Positions 48,709 to 58,254 of a stretch of DNA of 64,000 nt are shown piece after piece. The notes beneath the pieces were generated by a model. The model was not told the DNA's origin, searched no databases, and saw only the letters and a list, made by a program, of their open reading frames with translations. Both the position numbers and the translations under genes were made by a program. The stretch is from an uncultured Methanosarcinales archaeon (lineage in GTDB: Archaea > Nanobdellota > Nanobdellia > Woesearchaeales > GW2011-AR9), in the NCBI GenBank assembly GCA_964343575.1, contig CAYFJV010000002.1, positions 2,285 to 66,284 on the forward strand. The letters are read 5' to 3'. The stretch's first letter is position 1, and every line of letters begins with the position of its first letter.

Positions 48709-49302
48709 ATGGTGAGTGTTAGTGATTGGTTTTTGTACCTGCGTTTGGCTTTTAAAGAAGTGTTTTCTAAACGGAAAAATGTTACATGGGTGTTTCTTTT
48801 GGCCCTTGGTTTTCTTACCCTCAACTTCTTTCTTTTAGAATACTTGCAAGTTGGTTGGGTCTTTTTGAGTGATGTAGAAGTGTTTTTTAGCGCCTACGCC
48901 TACAGTTTGCTGAGCATGCCTTGGTATTCTTTGCTTTTTTTAGTATTGCTCTCTTTGCTTTCTAGTATCTTGCTGGTCATGCTTTTTTATGGCTACAAAA
49001 AAAATGTTTTAGAATCACATTCACGTGGTTCTGCCGGCGCTGCATCTTCCAGCGGAGTCCTTCTTAGTATTCTTGCTCCAGCTTGCCCCAGTTGTGGTAT
49101 TGGAGTGCTTTCAGTAGTAGGCTTTGGAAGCGTTGGAGCTGCTCTTCCTTTGGGTGGCCAGGAAATTGGGTTACTTGGAATCCTGGTTTTGGGAGTAAGT
49201 ATTTTGTTTGTGTCAAAGCAAATCGCTGCTCCTCACTGTAAGGTTGATTTTGGGAATAGGGGTTCTTTAAAGAGAAAGGGGCAGAAGAGACAGAAGCGTT
49301 AA
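48709..49302 (+). CDS. polytopic membrane protein with APACPSCG (CPxC) motif
   Basis: 197 aa; sits between DsbA-like and VKOR genes. Confidence 0.45.
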   Translation: MVSVSDWFLYLRLAFKEVFSKRKNVTWVFLLALGFLTLNFFLLEYLQVGWVFLSDVEVFFSAYAYSLLSMPWYSLLFLVLLSLLSSILLVMLFYGYKKNVLESHSRGSAGAASSSGVLLSILAPACPSCGIGVLSVVGFGSVGAALPLGGQEIGLLGILVLGVSILFVSKQIAAPHCKVDFGNRGSLKRKGQKRQKR

Positions 49303-49333
49303 ATTTATATCTTGGCCCAGTTCTTGAGGTTTT

Positions 49334-49810
49334 ATGCTAAGCGGAAAAAGAAAAAAGCTCTTTTTGCAGACTATTTTTGTCCTTTGTCTTGTTGGACTTG
49401 GGGTTTCTTTCTACCTTTTGAATATTCATTATGCAGAAGGCACAGGGGTTTGTGATATTAATGAGACTTTTTCTTGCCACACGGTTAACACAAGTAAATA
49501 TAGCGTAGTCTTTGGCATTCCGGTTGCTTTACTCGGCGCTTTGGGTTACACTTTCATGGGGTTCTTAGCGCTTGGTGTTGGAAATGCTAAGAAATGGAAG
49601 TTTGTTACTAAGGGCGTTTGGAAGCAGATTGTGCAGTTGAGGGTCTTGTTTGCTTTTGCCTTAATCTCCTTCTTATTTTCCTTGTATCTCACTTATGTAG
49701 AGAGTTTTATTTTGCACACCTACTGTATTTTTTGCTTAGTCTCCCAGCTTTGTGTTGTGCTCATTGCTCTTTTGAGTTATTCTTTGTTGAAAAGTGAGAA
49801 AAAGAGATGA
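49334..49810 (+). CDS. vitamin K epoxide reductase (VKOR) family protein
   Basis: 158 aa; loop Cys pair (CDINETFSC) and TM4 CIFC redox motif. Confidence 0.65.
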   Translation: MLSGKRKKLFLQTIFVLCLVGLGVSFYLLNIHYAEGTGVCDINETFSCHTVNTSKYSVVFGIPVALLGALGYTFMGFLALGVGNAKKWKFVTKGVWKQIVQLRVLFAFALISFLFSLYLTYVESFILHTYCIFCLVSQLCVVLIALLSYSLLKSEKKR

Positions 49811-49862
49811 GAAATTCCTTTTTTCAATAATTTTTATAAACTAGGCACTGGTTTCTGGAGGT

Positions 49863-50255
49863 ATGGTTGGGAAATTTCGTAAATTTTTAGGGGAGCTTGT
49901 TTTTTGGGCGCACGTTCTCATTGTTATTCCCATCGTTGGGCTTCTTTTTGTTCCTAAAAGTCTTGTTCCCAGCATTGAGTCTTTGCATTTCTTTTACGTT
50001 CTTTCTATCGTTGTGGTTCAAGGAAGTTGGGGAGCAATTATGTACTTATTCAATGGAGGCCATTACCGTAACGTTTGTCCAGTAACCACTGTGATGCAAA
50101 GCGTTCGTGGCCATAAGTTGAATGATCCAAAGAACTATACCCACTCTTTTATTTCAGAATTTTTCGGAAGGTATAAATTGCGTATCAGCAGTGCAGGAGT
50201 AAATTATATGCTCCTTGTTATGGTTGCAGTTGTTGTTGTACGTTTCTTCTTTTAG
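49863..50255 (+). CDS. membrane protein, unknown
   Basis: 130-aa ORF with 3-4 TM. Confidence 0.4.
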   Translation: MVGKFRKFLGELVFWAHVLIVIPIVGLLFVPKSLVPSIESLHFFYVLSIVVVQGSWGAIMYLFNGGHYRNVCPVTTVMQSVRGHKLNDPKNYTHSFISEFFGRYKLRISSAGVNYMLLVMVAVVVVRFFF

Positions 50256-50258
50256 AGA

Positions 50259-50916
50259 TTAGGAAGATCTCCAATTGTTCCAAATGGTGACGTGTGCTGG
50301 CTGCTCGTGGATGTGGTGTTCCATTGGAACAACAGTAAGGTCCCATTTTCTTGTAGTTTCATCCAAACTCCTATGATCTCCAACGCCCCTTGTAGTATCT
50401 TCAGTGTCTCTCTGTAACCTTCTTGCACGGCGAAGGGCTTGCTCTGCATCAACTTTTACAATAAGGGTTGCAACATCTCTAAGTGTTGGGCGATAAACAG
50501 GATAAAGACCCTCTGTGATCAGAAGCCTGCCTGGAGGAGAAAGTTCTTCTTCTCCTGTTCTTCCAATTTCATATTTGTAAACGGGGACCATGGTTGGTCT
50601 TCCTGCTAAAAAACTTAAAACGTCTTGTTCAAAGCGATCATGATCTAATACGTCTGGATGGTCATGATTCTCTAAACCTTCTGGCGTTTTTATTGGTGAA
50701 AGAAAATAGCGATCCATCCCCAAGACAAGCACTCTTGGTTCACGGTAGTGAGCCCTAACTTTATCCATTAGGTAAGTTTTCCCTGCACAAGAAGTACCAT
50801 AAACAGCTTACCGGGCCATCCGTTCCTAAAACACTATCGATCCCTCCGCAAAGTGCATCGTAACCTTTTGTCAAAGTTGCATACTCTTGAACTAACTCTT
50901 GGAACATGCTTTCCAT
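50259..50916 (-). pseudogene. udk: uridine kinase / phosphoribulokinase-family P-loop kinase, apparently frameshifted at the P-loop
   Basis: ORF 50259..50768 starts MDKVRAHY; in-frame upstream reads (stop)AVYGTSCAGKTYL, a Walker A cut by TAA at 50808-50810; a +1-frame ORF MESMFQELVQEYATLTKGYDALCGGIDSVLGTDGP (from rc 50914-50916) runs into it; Arg/Asp/Pro-rich atypical composition. Confidence 0.4.
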
Positions 50917-50968
50917 TTCCCCTTTAAGCTTTTAAGAATTGTTGTTGGAAAGAGCCCAAATAGAAAGT

Positions 50969-52057
50969 TTATTCTTGTTTAACTTGTGTTTTTTTCAGAA
51001 TTTCTTTGAGCAACTCTTTTTGCCAAGCTCTAAGGCAGTCTTGTTTTTCAGTAACAATAATATCAATTGCTTGCTCCTTGTTAAGTAATAAGTAGGCAGG
51101 GATTTGCTCTTTGCTTGCTTTTTCTTTGATTCTCTCTTGAAGTAGCTGTAATTGTTGTTTCTTTTGAGAGGGAAGTTTCTTTGGGGTTGTTTTCTTAACT
51201 TGAAGGGGGCTTCTTTTTCCTTCCTGCACTGCTTTTCTTAGTTGTAGGGCTCGTTTTCTTACAATGGGATGGGTTCCTCGCACTTTTGCCCAAGAAGAAG
51301 GCGGGTTGGTGGCAAAAGCAATGAGTTGTTTATTTCTGATCACAAAATGAACTGGCCGATCTACTTCCTTGGCAAGTTTACTTCTCATTTGAAAAAGTTT
51401 TCTCAAAACCCCTCGTTGCTCTGCAGAAAGTTGCTTGTAGCCTTTAAGATCATTATAATTTTGTTCTTTTAGGGTGAATTCTTTACTCTGTTGAAATTCA
51501 AGTTCCTGCTCTATCCACAGAAGACGTTTTTTGCTCTGTAACTCTTTTCTCAGTTTATCGTAGAGTTGAAGGAGGTATTCAACATCTTTAGCAGCGTAGC
51601 TGAGCATTTTTGGAGGGAGTGGACGTTTGGTCCAATCTGCCTTTTGATGTTGACGTTCTTTCTCCACCTGAAAATATTCTTCAAGAAGGGAAGTAAGACC
51701 AATATGTTCTTTTCCTAAAAAAAGTGCTGCTAGCTGTGTGTCAAAAAAATTGTTCACTTGACAGTTAAGCTGTTTGTTAAGAATACGAAAATCAAAACTA
51801 ATGTCATGAAAGACTTTTTTGATCTTGGGGTTTTCGAAAATTTTTGTGAGAGGAGCTAGTTCTTTTCCTTTCACTTTCAGTGTATCTATTATCCAAACTT
51901 TTTCTTTATTTGCTACTTGGATAAGTGAGAGATAAACCCCATAGTGATGCATATTATTTTCACATTCAATATCAAAAGCAAGAAGTTTGTCCGTTTTGAT
52001 CTCTTTGAGAAATTCTTGGAGTTGTTCTGGAGTATCAATGTAAGTGAAAATAGACAT
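50969..52057 (-). CDS. rnd: RNase D-like 3'-5' exoribonuclease (DEDDy) with HRDC domain
   Basis: 362 aa; LAFDIECEN (Exo I), HYGVYLSLIQV, YAAKDVEYL (Exo III Tyr). Confidence 0.6.
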   Translation of the reverse strand: MSIFTYIDTPEQLQEFLKEIKTDKLLAFDIECENNMHHYGVYLSLIQVANKEKVWIIDTLKVKGKELAPLTKIFENPKIKKVFHDISFDFRILNKQLNCQVNNFFDTQLAALFLGKEHIGLTSLLEEYFQVEKERQHQKADWTKRPLPPKMLSYAAKDVEYLLQLYDKLRKELQSKKRLLWIEQELEFQQSKEFTLKEQNYNDLKGYKQLSAEQRGVLRKLFQMRSKLAKEVDRPVHFVIRNKQLIAFATNPPSSWAKVRGTHPIVRKRALQLRKAVQEGKRSPLQVKKTTPKKLPSQKKQQLQLLQERIKEKASKEQIPAYLLLNKEQAIDIIVTEKQDCLRAWQKELLKEILKKTQVKQE

Positions 52058-52105
52058 TGTTGTGTCAGAAGAAAGAGTATCTTAAAAAGTTTTGGCGTTA
52101 TTTTC

Positions 52106-52534
52106 TTACATCTTATCTTTGTATTTTTCTAAGAAGTGAGGGAATTGGGAGTGTAAAGGTTCTGGAAACTCTTCTTTCTTAAACCAGCCAATTGCTTCTA
52201 TTTTGTGTGGCTCTCCGATCTTTACTTTATCTCTATTGATGAGTACTTTGAAATCTAAGGCGATCCAATGGGTTTTTTCTCCTTTGTGCTCTCTGTGCAC
52301 ATCCCTGTATCCTAGGTGTTCAAGCTCTAGAACTTCTGTACAGTACTCTTCCTCAATCTCTTTTTTGAGATTTTCTAAAACTGGAAGCCCATGTTCCAGG
52401 GCGCCTGCTCCCGGATCCCAAGTTCCGTGCTCGTCACGACATTGGATAGATCTTTTGCTGAGAAGATAATTACCATTGCCATCGTGGCATAGAAAAACAG
52501 TGGTAATTCCGGGGTAATCAATTCCTTTTTTCAC
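52106..52534 (-). CDS. NUDIX hydrolase
   Basis: 142 aa; GAGALEHGLPVLENLKKEIEEEY Nudix-box-like. Confidence 0.6.
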   Translation of the reverse strand: MKKGIDYPGITTVFLCHDGNGNYLLSKRSIQCRDEHGTWDPGAGALEHGLPVLENLKKEIEEEYCTEVLELEHLGYRDVHREHKGEKTHWIALDFKVLINRDKVKIGEPHKIEAIGWFKKEEFPEPLHSQFPHFLEKYKDKM

Positions 52535-52608
52535 AGGGAATAGAAAAAAAAGAAGCTTTTATAGATTTCTCTTCTGGAAAGATGAGCATGCCTTGAACTT
52601 AGTTGTTT

Positions 52609-54222
52609 TCAAGATCTGCTTCTTCTTGGAGGGTCTAAAGCTGTTGCCATGCTGTTATTATAAGCAATTCTGGTAGCCATCTCTTCCCCAAATTTTCTTG
52701 AATGATACCTAAGAACAAGATCTTCGAAAATCTCACTTGGCGCCTCATCTTCAATACCAAGTTCTCTGGTAAGTTCATGAACCTGAACTAGTTCTCTCCC
52801 ACCATAGCTTTGAATAGTTGCTACCGCATCATCCATTGAAGTTTCGTAAGGTGTGAAGAAAGTTCCTTTTCCAAGTTTAACTGGACTTCTTCCAGTTGTG
52901 AGATCTCTTGCGGTGATCACATCCTTTGCTTCTTTGCCTCTGCCAACTTTTTCAACTCCAAGTTGATAAACTCCTGGAGCTAAACCATATGGGCTTGTTT
53001 TCCCTCTCCAGCCATCTTTCTCTTCGACCTTCACAAGAGCAAAAGTATCTCCTTGAAGATTTCTTATTTCTCCTTGTAACCCGGAGCAAATTCTTTGATA
53101 GCCTGCCGCATTTACGCCGCTTGTGCTAACTGGATCAAAAACAGCAGAGTAATCTCCAAGTGCTCTTTGAAGAGTAGCAACCGCACCATCAAAATGGCCC
53201 GCTGTTCTTTCTTCACCCAATTTTCTTCCAACCGCTGCTGAAAGTTCGGTATCAAGGACTGCTGCTCGGCTGTAAATGCTTTCCCAACGATCTGCACCAT
53301 TTCCATCGGCAGCTGCTCGTAAAGCTACATTCCAATCAGCAAGAGTAACTGATCTTGCTTCTTTTCCTTGTCTTTCCAAGACAGTAAGGGCATCTTGCAT
53401 AAGCTCATCTTTTTCTTCCTCTAAGCCTTTGATTCTTCCAGCAAGATCTGCATCTACATGCATTAGAAATCTGTCGAAGTATTGTCCTTCTGGAATGTCA
53501 TCTCTTCCAAGCGGTTGGTGCCTCAAATTATCACTTCCATCCAATTCGGCACGAATAATTTTTCTCTCAGAACCGGCACTTGGCTCCCAATAAACATCAG
53601 CGTGAGCCCCAACAGTTCTTGAAGCCCCATCCCAGTGTACCCTTCGCCTTTGTTCCTCTAATTCTACTACTCTGTCAATTAAACTTGCACGATAGGGGTT
53701 GATTCCTTTGCGAACGTCATCAACTATTCCTAATACTCCTGTTTTGACCCTGTTGGCAGCTTCCCTGCCTAACCAAAACTGTTGCCATCTTGCCTCAACC
53801 CAGTTGATATCTCCATCAGCTTCTGCATCACGAATTGCTGCTGCTTTTACTGCAAGATCATAGAATTGTCCTTCATCCCTTTGTCTGACTGCTAATGCCC
53901 TATCATTAGCTACTTCATCTTCAGTTACAAGAATTTGATCTGCAGCTGCGGCAATGGCCACTAACCTTTCAAAGGGAGTGTAGCCCTCTCCTGCTTCCTC
54001 ATCAGCTTCCGCTGCTGCATCAGCCAAATCACAAAGATAAGACGCTCCCCATGCCTCTCCCTTGAGCTTACTTCTCTCCAATTGAGCAAAATTTCTTCGG
54101 TGTTCTTGAACACCATCGTGCATTGCAGCAAGGACATCGTGCTTTTGGGAAGCAGAAACTCTTACGTACCCCAAGCGAGTTATAGCATCTTCATCAATAG
54201 GATAGTTAATCTCATCAACCAT
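52609..54222 (-). CDS. large cytoplasmic hypothetical protein, Ala/Arg/Asp/Gly-rich (atypical composition)
   Basis: 537 aa; no motif recognised; promoter gaaAGATTTATAAAca at 54245-54261. Confidence 0.45.
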   Translation of the reverse strand: MVDEINYPIDEDAITRLGYVRVSASQKHDVLAAMHDGVQEHRRNFAQLERSKLKGEAWGASYLCDLADAAAEADEEAGEGYTPFERLVAIAAAADQILVTEDEVANDRALAVRQRDEGQFYDLAVKAAAIRDAEADGDINWVEARWQQFWLGREAANRVKTGVLGIVDDVRKGINPYRASLIDRVVELEEQRRRVHWDGASRTVGAHADVYWEPSAGSERKIIRAELDGSDNLRHQPLGRDDIPEGQYFDRFLMHVDADLAGRIKGLEEEKDELMQDALTVLERQGKEARSVTLADWNVALRAAADGNGADRWESIYSRAAVLDTELSAAVGRKLGEERTAGHFDGAVATLQRALGDYSAVFDPVSTSGVNAAGYQRICSGLQGEIRNLQGDTFALVKVEEKDGWRGKTSPYGLAPGVYQLGVEKVGRGKEAKDVITARDLTTGRSPVKLGKGTFFTPYETSMDDAVATIQSYGGRELVQVHELTRELGIEDEAPSEIFEDLVLRYHSRKFGEEMATRIAYNNSMATALDPPRRSRS

Positions 54223-54244
54223 AGAGAAGTCTAGAATTGGTTCT

Positions 54245-54261
54245 GTTTATAAATCTTTCGT
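54245..54261 (-). promoter_or_regulatory. BRE/TATA promoter (rc: CGAAAGATTTATAAACA) for 52609..54222
   Basis: TATA about 25-30 nt upstream of start; perfect 6-bp-stem palindrome GTCACTTTTTAGTGAC at 54270-54285 just upstream. Confidence 0.4.
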
Positions 54262-54349
54262 TTGTTTTGTCACTTTTTAGTGACAACTTGGAAAGATCTC
54301 ACTGATGCTTAGAAGAAAAAGAAAAAAATAAAGAAAATGAGGGAATTCC

Positions 54350-54781
54350 TCAATAATAAGCCTTTTTAAAGACTTTCTCTCCAAGGTTCCACTTTCCAGG
54401 ACCTTTAGCAAGTAGAACCAAGAACGCTGCGAAATAGAGAAGCGCTAACTCTCCACCGTTGCTCAGCGGGTTCCATCCCATTGGAAAGTGTACTTGAAAA
54501 AAGGCTCCAAGCATAATTACAACGTTGATGAGTGCTGCTGACCTTGTAAAGATACCAAGTAAGATTGCAAGTCCACCTAGAAATTCTAGAAGTCCTACAA
54601 CTCCCATAAAGCTTGCAAGCGGAAAAGCATTTGCTCCTAACCATCCAAAGATTTTAACTCCGCCGTGCCCCATATACATTGCACCAATAAGCACTCGAAA
54701 GATGAAGAATAATGCGTCACCATATCGTTTTGCTAAGGTTTCATAAAAGTTTATACATACGTTTTTTGCCATAATAAACAC
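54350..54781 (-). CDS. DoxX-family membrane protein
   Basis: 143 aa, 4 TM; FRVLIGAMYMGHGGVKIFG pattern of DoxX. Confidence 0.6.
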   Translation of the reverse strand: MFIMAKNVCINFYETLAKRYGDALFFIFRVLIGAMYMGHGGVKIFGWLGANAFPLASFMGVVGLLEFLGGLAILLGIFTRSAALINVVIMLGAFFQVHFPMGWNPLSNGGELALLYFAAFLVLLAKGPGKWNLGEKVFKKAYY

Positions 54782-54896
54782 CCCAGTGGGCTGAGTTTCC
54801 TGTACTTTTTTCTGTACATTCTCCTTTCTTGCCCACAGTTTTATCTTTTAGGGAAAGATCTTTGAATTTAAAAGTTTGTGTTCTTGTGGTTTTTTC

Positions 54897-55072
54897 GTGG
54901 CGCTGGCGGGGCGGGGCCAGAAGTACTCTTGTCCGCAAACCCCTCTTGCTGAAGCACACAAAGAAATCAGAGATTTCTTGTGCCCAAAAAATCTTTGATT
55001 TTTTTGGGAGAGTGCTCCCAAGAGAATCGCTTCTTTGTTCCAATCTTCCCAGCGACTACGCCAGCGCGCCAC
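54897..55072. ncRNA. candidate structured ncRNA of about 176 nt: GC-rich 12-bp terminal stem (GTGGCGCTGGCG / CGCCAGCGCGCCAC) enclosing several hairpins
   Basis: GC-rich in an AT-rich 358-nt intergenic region; internal hairpins GCACA(caa)AGAAATC-AGA-GATTTCTTGTGC, CCCAAAAAA-tctttga-TTTTTTGGG and GGGAG-agtg-CTCCC; TATA-like atttaaaag at 54866-54874 about 25 nt upstream on the + strand. Confidence 0.3.
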
Positions 55073-55139
55073 TTACCTTTCAGTAACCATTGTTTAATTA
55101 CAAAGAAGCTTTTTAACTGAAGAGTGCTCTTTTTCACTC

Positions 55140-56057
55140 ATGAAAAGTAAGGAAGGCTCTCTTGCAGCAAAATCTTTTGAGCTTATTGATCGACACAAAG
55201 AACTTTTTTTACCAAACTTAATCATGTTTGCATCCAACTTTCTTTTGTTGGTACTCTTTTTAGAACTTAGCGGTATTGGAAGAGAAATCTTTTCTTTGAG
55301 TTCTATCCAAGGCTTGCAAGAGATTGTAAACGCAAGCACCATTTGGTATTTTCTTGCTTATGTTGTTCTTGTCATCTTAATTGATAATTATTTTACTTGC
55401 GCAAAGTATGGCATGATCAAAGACCTTTTATCCAAAGGAAAAACTAGTTTTCATGAAGGGCTTCGCTTCGGAAAGACTCATTTTTTTACCACACTTAAAG
55501 TGCACAGTATCGTTTTTGGTTTAATTGTACTCCCTGTAATCTTGCTTGTTTTAGCTGCGCTCTTTTTTGCTCCAGAAAATACTGAACTTGCTCTTCTTTT
55601 GTTTAGCATCCTTATCGTAACCTACTTGGTTTACATGGGTATTCGGCTTTTGTTTATCTACCCAGTAATGGCTTTTGAAGATAAAGGCGCTTACATCAGC
55701 TTACGAGATGATTTTCATTATGTTAAATCACACATGCAGCATACCTACATGACTTGGCTTTTCGTAGTTTCAGTTGCAGTGAGTTTTTCTTTACTCAAAA
55801 AAATGGCTAAAGAAGAGATCAATTCTTTAGCTCCAGAAGCCTGGGGCATTGCTTTGTTTTTCATTTTGCTGGTGCTGATATTTGAGATGTTTGTTTCTTT
55901 ATGGGAGCATGTCTTTATCTTTTCTTCTTATTTGGAAGGAAAGGGAAAAAAGAAGGCAGGAAAAAAGGCTGTGAGAAAGAGCAGTGGGGCGAGGTCAAAA
56001 AAATCTAAAACTTCTAAGAAGAAAAGTACAAGAAGAAAGAGTAAACATTATTATTGA
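55140..56057 (+). CDS. polytopic membrane protein with Lys-rich C-terminal tail
   Basis: 305 aa; 6-7 TM; C-term KKKAGKKAVRKSSGARSKKSKTSKKKSTRRKSK. Confidence 0.45.
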   Translation: MKSKEGSLAAKSFELIDRHKELFLPNLIMFASNFLLLVLFLELSGIGREIFSLSSIQGLQEIVNASTIWYFLAYVVLVILIDNYFTCAKYGMIKDLLSKGKTSFHEGLRFGKTHFFTTLKVHSIVFGLIVLPVILLVLAALFFAPENTELALLLFSILIVTYLVYMGIRLLFIYPVMAFEDKGAYISLRDDFHYVKSHMQHTYMTWLFVVSVAVSFSLLKKMAKEEINSLAPEAWGIALFFILLVLIFEMFVSLWEHVFIFSSYLEGKGKKKAGKKAVRKSSGARSKKSKTSKKKSTRRKSKHYY

Positions 56058-56193
56058 ATCTTTTCTCGTTCTGTTTTGTATCTCTTATTTTGCTACAAAG
56101 TTAAGGTAAAAGAAGATTGCAATACCCAATATGAGCATAACATTTGCTACGAAAAGCGCGATGCGCATAAGAAGAACTATTTTTTTTGGATCT

Positions 56194-56820
56194 TTACTCC
56201 ACTTGCTCCAATTTTTGCTTAACATTTTTTAGCCTAATAAAAGATTCTCTCTCCATCTCCGCAAGTTGTGATTTGATTGCCTTTTCCACCTCTAAAATTT
56301 CCGGGATTTTGATATACTCAAGCGCGTTAACTCTTCGTTTAGTTTTCACAATCTCTTCTGCTACTTTAAAGATAGCAGTTTCGATTTCTGCGAGTTTGAC
56401 GATCTTTGGAAGTAAGGACAAAAACCGTTGGCGAGCAGTTTCCACATACTGCGATACTGCAACCAAAGAAGCGTTCACTTCAGTGTCATGCTGCTCTACC
56501 TCAACAGAAAACACTTTAACGCCCATGAGGTTTTTCTCAGAAAAATCAAAAGTGCAACTCTCTTGAGAGGAAAAGGCGAGACTTTTTACTCGATTTACCC
56601 CGCTTACTCCTTGTGCGATGTGCAAGTTTTCGTAAGCTTGTCCTAGGTCGGCGATGGTTTCTTTCTTAAGTACCTTATAGTCTTGGATCATCTCAAAAAA
56701 AGTTCGAATCAAGGAGTCGCGCTTTTTCTTGAGAAGACTGTGGCCCTTTTGGGCAAGCTTCTTTTTCTCTTTCACACGCAAAAGTTCCATACGTGTTGCG
56801 GGATGATTTGCTGTTGTCAT
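56194..56820 (-). CDS. atpD: A-type ATP synthase subunit D
   Basis: 208 aa; coiled-coil central-stalk subunit; last gene of the operon. Confidence 0.8.
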   Translation of the reverse strand: MTTANHPATRMELLRVKEKKKLAQKGHSLLKKKRDSLIRTFFEMIQDYKVLKKETIADLGQAYENLHIAQGVSGVNRVKSLAFSSQESCTFDFSEKNLMGVKVFSVEVEQHDTEVNASLVAVSQYVETARQRFLSLLPKIVKLAEIETAIFKVAEEIVKTKRRVNALEYIKIPEILEVEKAIKSQLAEMERESFIRLKNVKQKLEQVE

Positions 56821-56838
56821 TTGTTTTGATTTGTTTCG

Positions 56839-58254
56839 CTAAGCTTTTCTCTCATACTTTTTCATGTATTTGTCCATGTACTCTTTCTTTGCTTTCTTAA
56901 GCTCCGATCGAGGGAAGATGGAGAGTAACTTCCAGCCTAAATCGAGAGTTGTCTCAATGTCTCTGTTCTCATAAAATCCTTGATTGATGAACTCCTTCTC
57001 AAAAGCATCTGCAAAGCGAAGATATTTCTTATCAATCTCAGAGAGAGAACTTTCTCCAACCACTGAAACTAACTGACGCAACTCCAATCCTCTTGCATAG
57101 GCAGCATAGAGTGAATCAGCAACTGAACTGTGATCTTCTCGGGTTGCTCCTTTCCCAATCCCTGCGTTCATCAGCCTTGAAAGTGAAGGAAGCGGGTTTA
57201 CCGGTGGTAAGACGCTCCGTTTAAGAAGCGCAGCATCAAGTACCACTTGTCCCTCAGTGATATAACCAGTAAGGTCTGGGATTGGATGTGTTCTATCTCC
57301 TGCAGGCATAGTAAGAATGGGAATCTGTGTTACACTCCCTTTTGCTCCTTGCACCATCCCTGCCCTTTCATAGTTGGCAGCAAGATCAGTATACATGTAC
57401 CCAGGATATCCTCTTCTTCCAGGAACTTCTGAGCGCGCTGCACTAATCTCTCGAAGTGCTTCACAATAGTTGGTAAAATCGGTAAGGACTACAACCACAT
57501 GATAATTGTGCTCAAAAGCAAGATACTCTGCAGTTGTAAGTGCTACACGGGGAGTGATGATACGCTCAACACTTGGATCGTTCGCTACATTAAGGAAAAT
57601 GACTGCACGATCAAGCGCCCCGGTCTTCTTAAAATCTTCAATGAAAAAACGAGCTTCTTCATTGGTAATTCCCATTGCAGCAAAAACTACCACAAAATCT
57701 TCTCCGGCAACTTTTGCCTGACGCACAATTTGCGCAGCAAGTTCATTGTGAGGAAGTCCAGAAGCGCTAAAGATAGGAAGCTTTTGTCCTCGAACTAAAG
57801 TACTCATACAATCAATGGTAGAAACCCCAGTTTGAATGAATTGGGCAGGCTTTTTTCTTGAAGCAGGATTTATTGCTGAGCCGTTCACGTCAAGATGCTT
57901 TTCTGGCACGATGCTGCTTCCATCTTTTGGCCTTCCAAGCCCATCGAAAACCTTTCCAATCATCTCTTTAGAAACAGGCATTTTAGCTACTTCTCCTGTG
58001 AATTGTACTTGGGTCTTGAGATTGAGCCCCATACTATTCTCAAAAAGCTGCACAACAACTTTATCTTCTGAAGCGTCAAGTACTTGACCGAGAAGTTCTC
58101 TGCTTCTTCCATCCTTCCCTGTTGATTTAATATTACAAATTTCTCCGTAAGCTACATCTTTGGTCTTCTCAACAACAAGAAGTGGCCCTCGAATGGAGCT
58201 TGTTGTTTTATACCAGGGTTGCACTTTTTTCGTCATTTTAGTGCACCTCCGCAA
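56839..58254 (-). CDS. atpB: A-type ATP synthase subunit B
   Basis: 471 aa non-catalytic alpha/beta-type subunit. Confidence 0.85.
   Translation of the reverse strand: MRRCTKMTKKVQPWYKTTSSIRGPLLVVEKTKDVAYGEICNIKSTGKDGRSRELLGQVLDASEDKVVVQLFENSMGLNLKTQVQFTGEVAKMPVSKEMIGKVFDGLGRPKDGSSIVPEKHLDVNGSAINPASRKKPAQFIQTGVSTIDCMSTLVRGQKLPIFSASGLPHNELAAQIVRQAKVAGEDFVVVFAAMGITNEEARFFIEDFKKTGALDRAVIFLNVANDPSVERIITPRVALTTAEYLAFEHNYHVVVVLTDFTNYCEALREISAARSEVPGRRGYPGYMYTDLAANYERAGMVQGAKGSVTQIPILTMPAGDRTHPIPDLTGYITEGQVVLDAALLKRSVLPPVNPLPSLSRLMNAGIGKGATREDHSSVADSLYAAYARGLELRQLVSVVGESSLSEIDKKYLRFADAFEKEFINQGFYENRDIETTLDLGWKLLSIFPRSELKKAKKEYMDKYMKKYERKA

Noticed and set aside
32766-54979. Shared 15-16-mer GAAATCAGAGATTTC(T) between the two structured intergenic elements, considered as evidence they are one repeat family
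   Set aside because: A single 16-mer match is near chance expectation for a 64-kb AT-rich window on both strands, and the flanks do not align; it is kept only as a supporting note.
56089-56175. 28-aa hydrophobic minus-strand ORF (MRIALFVANVMLILGIAIFFYLNFVAK) downstream of atpD
   Set aside because: It is too short with no RBS or TATA evidence; it could be a real micro-membrane protein, but there is no way to support it from sequence alone.
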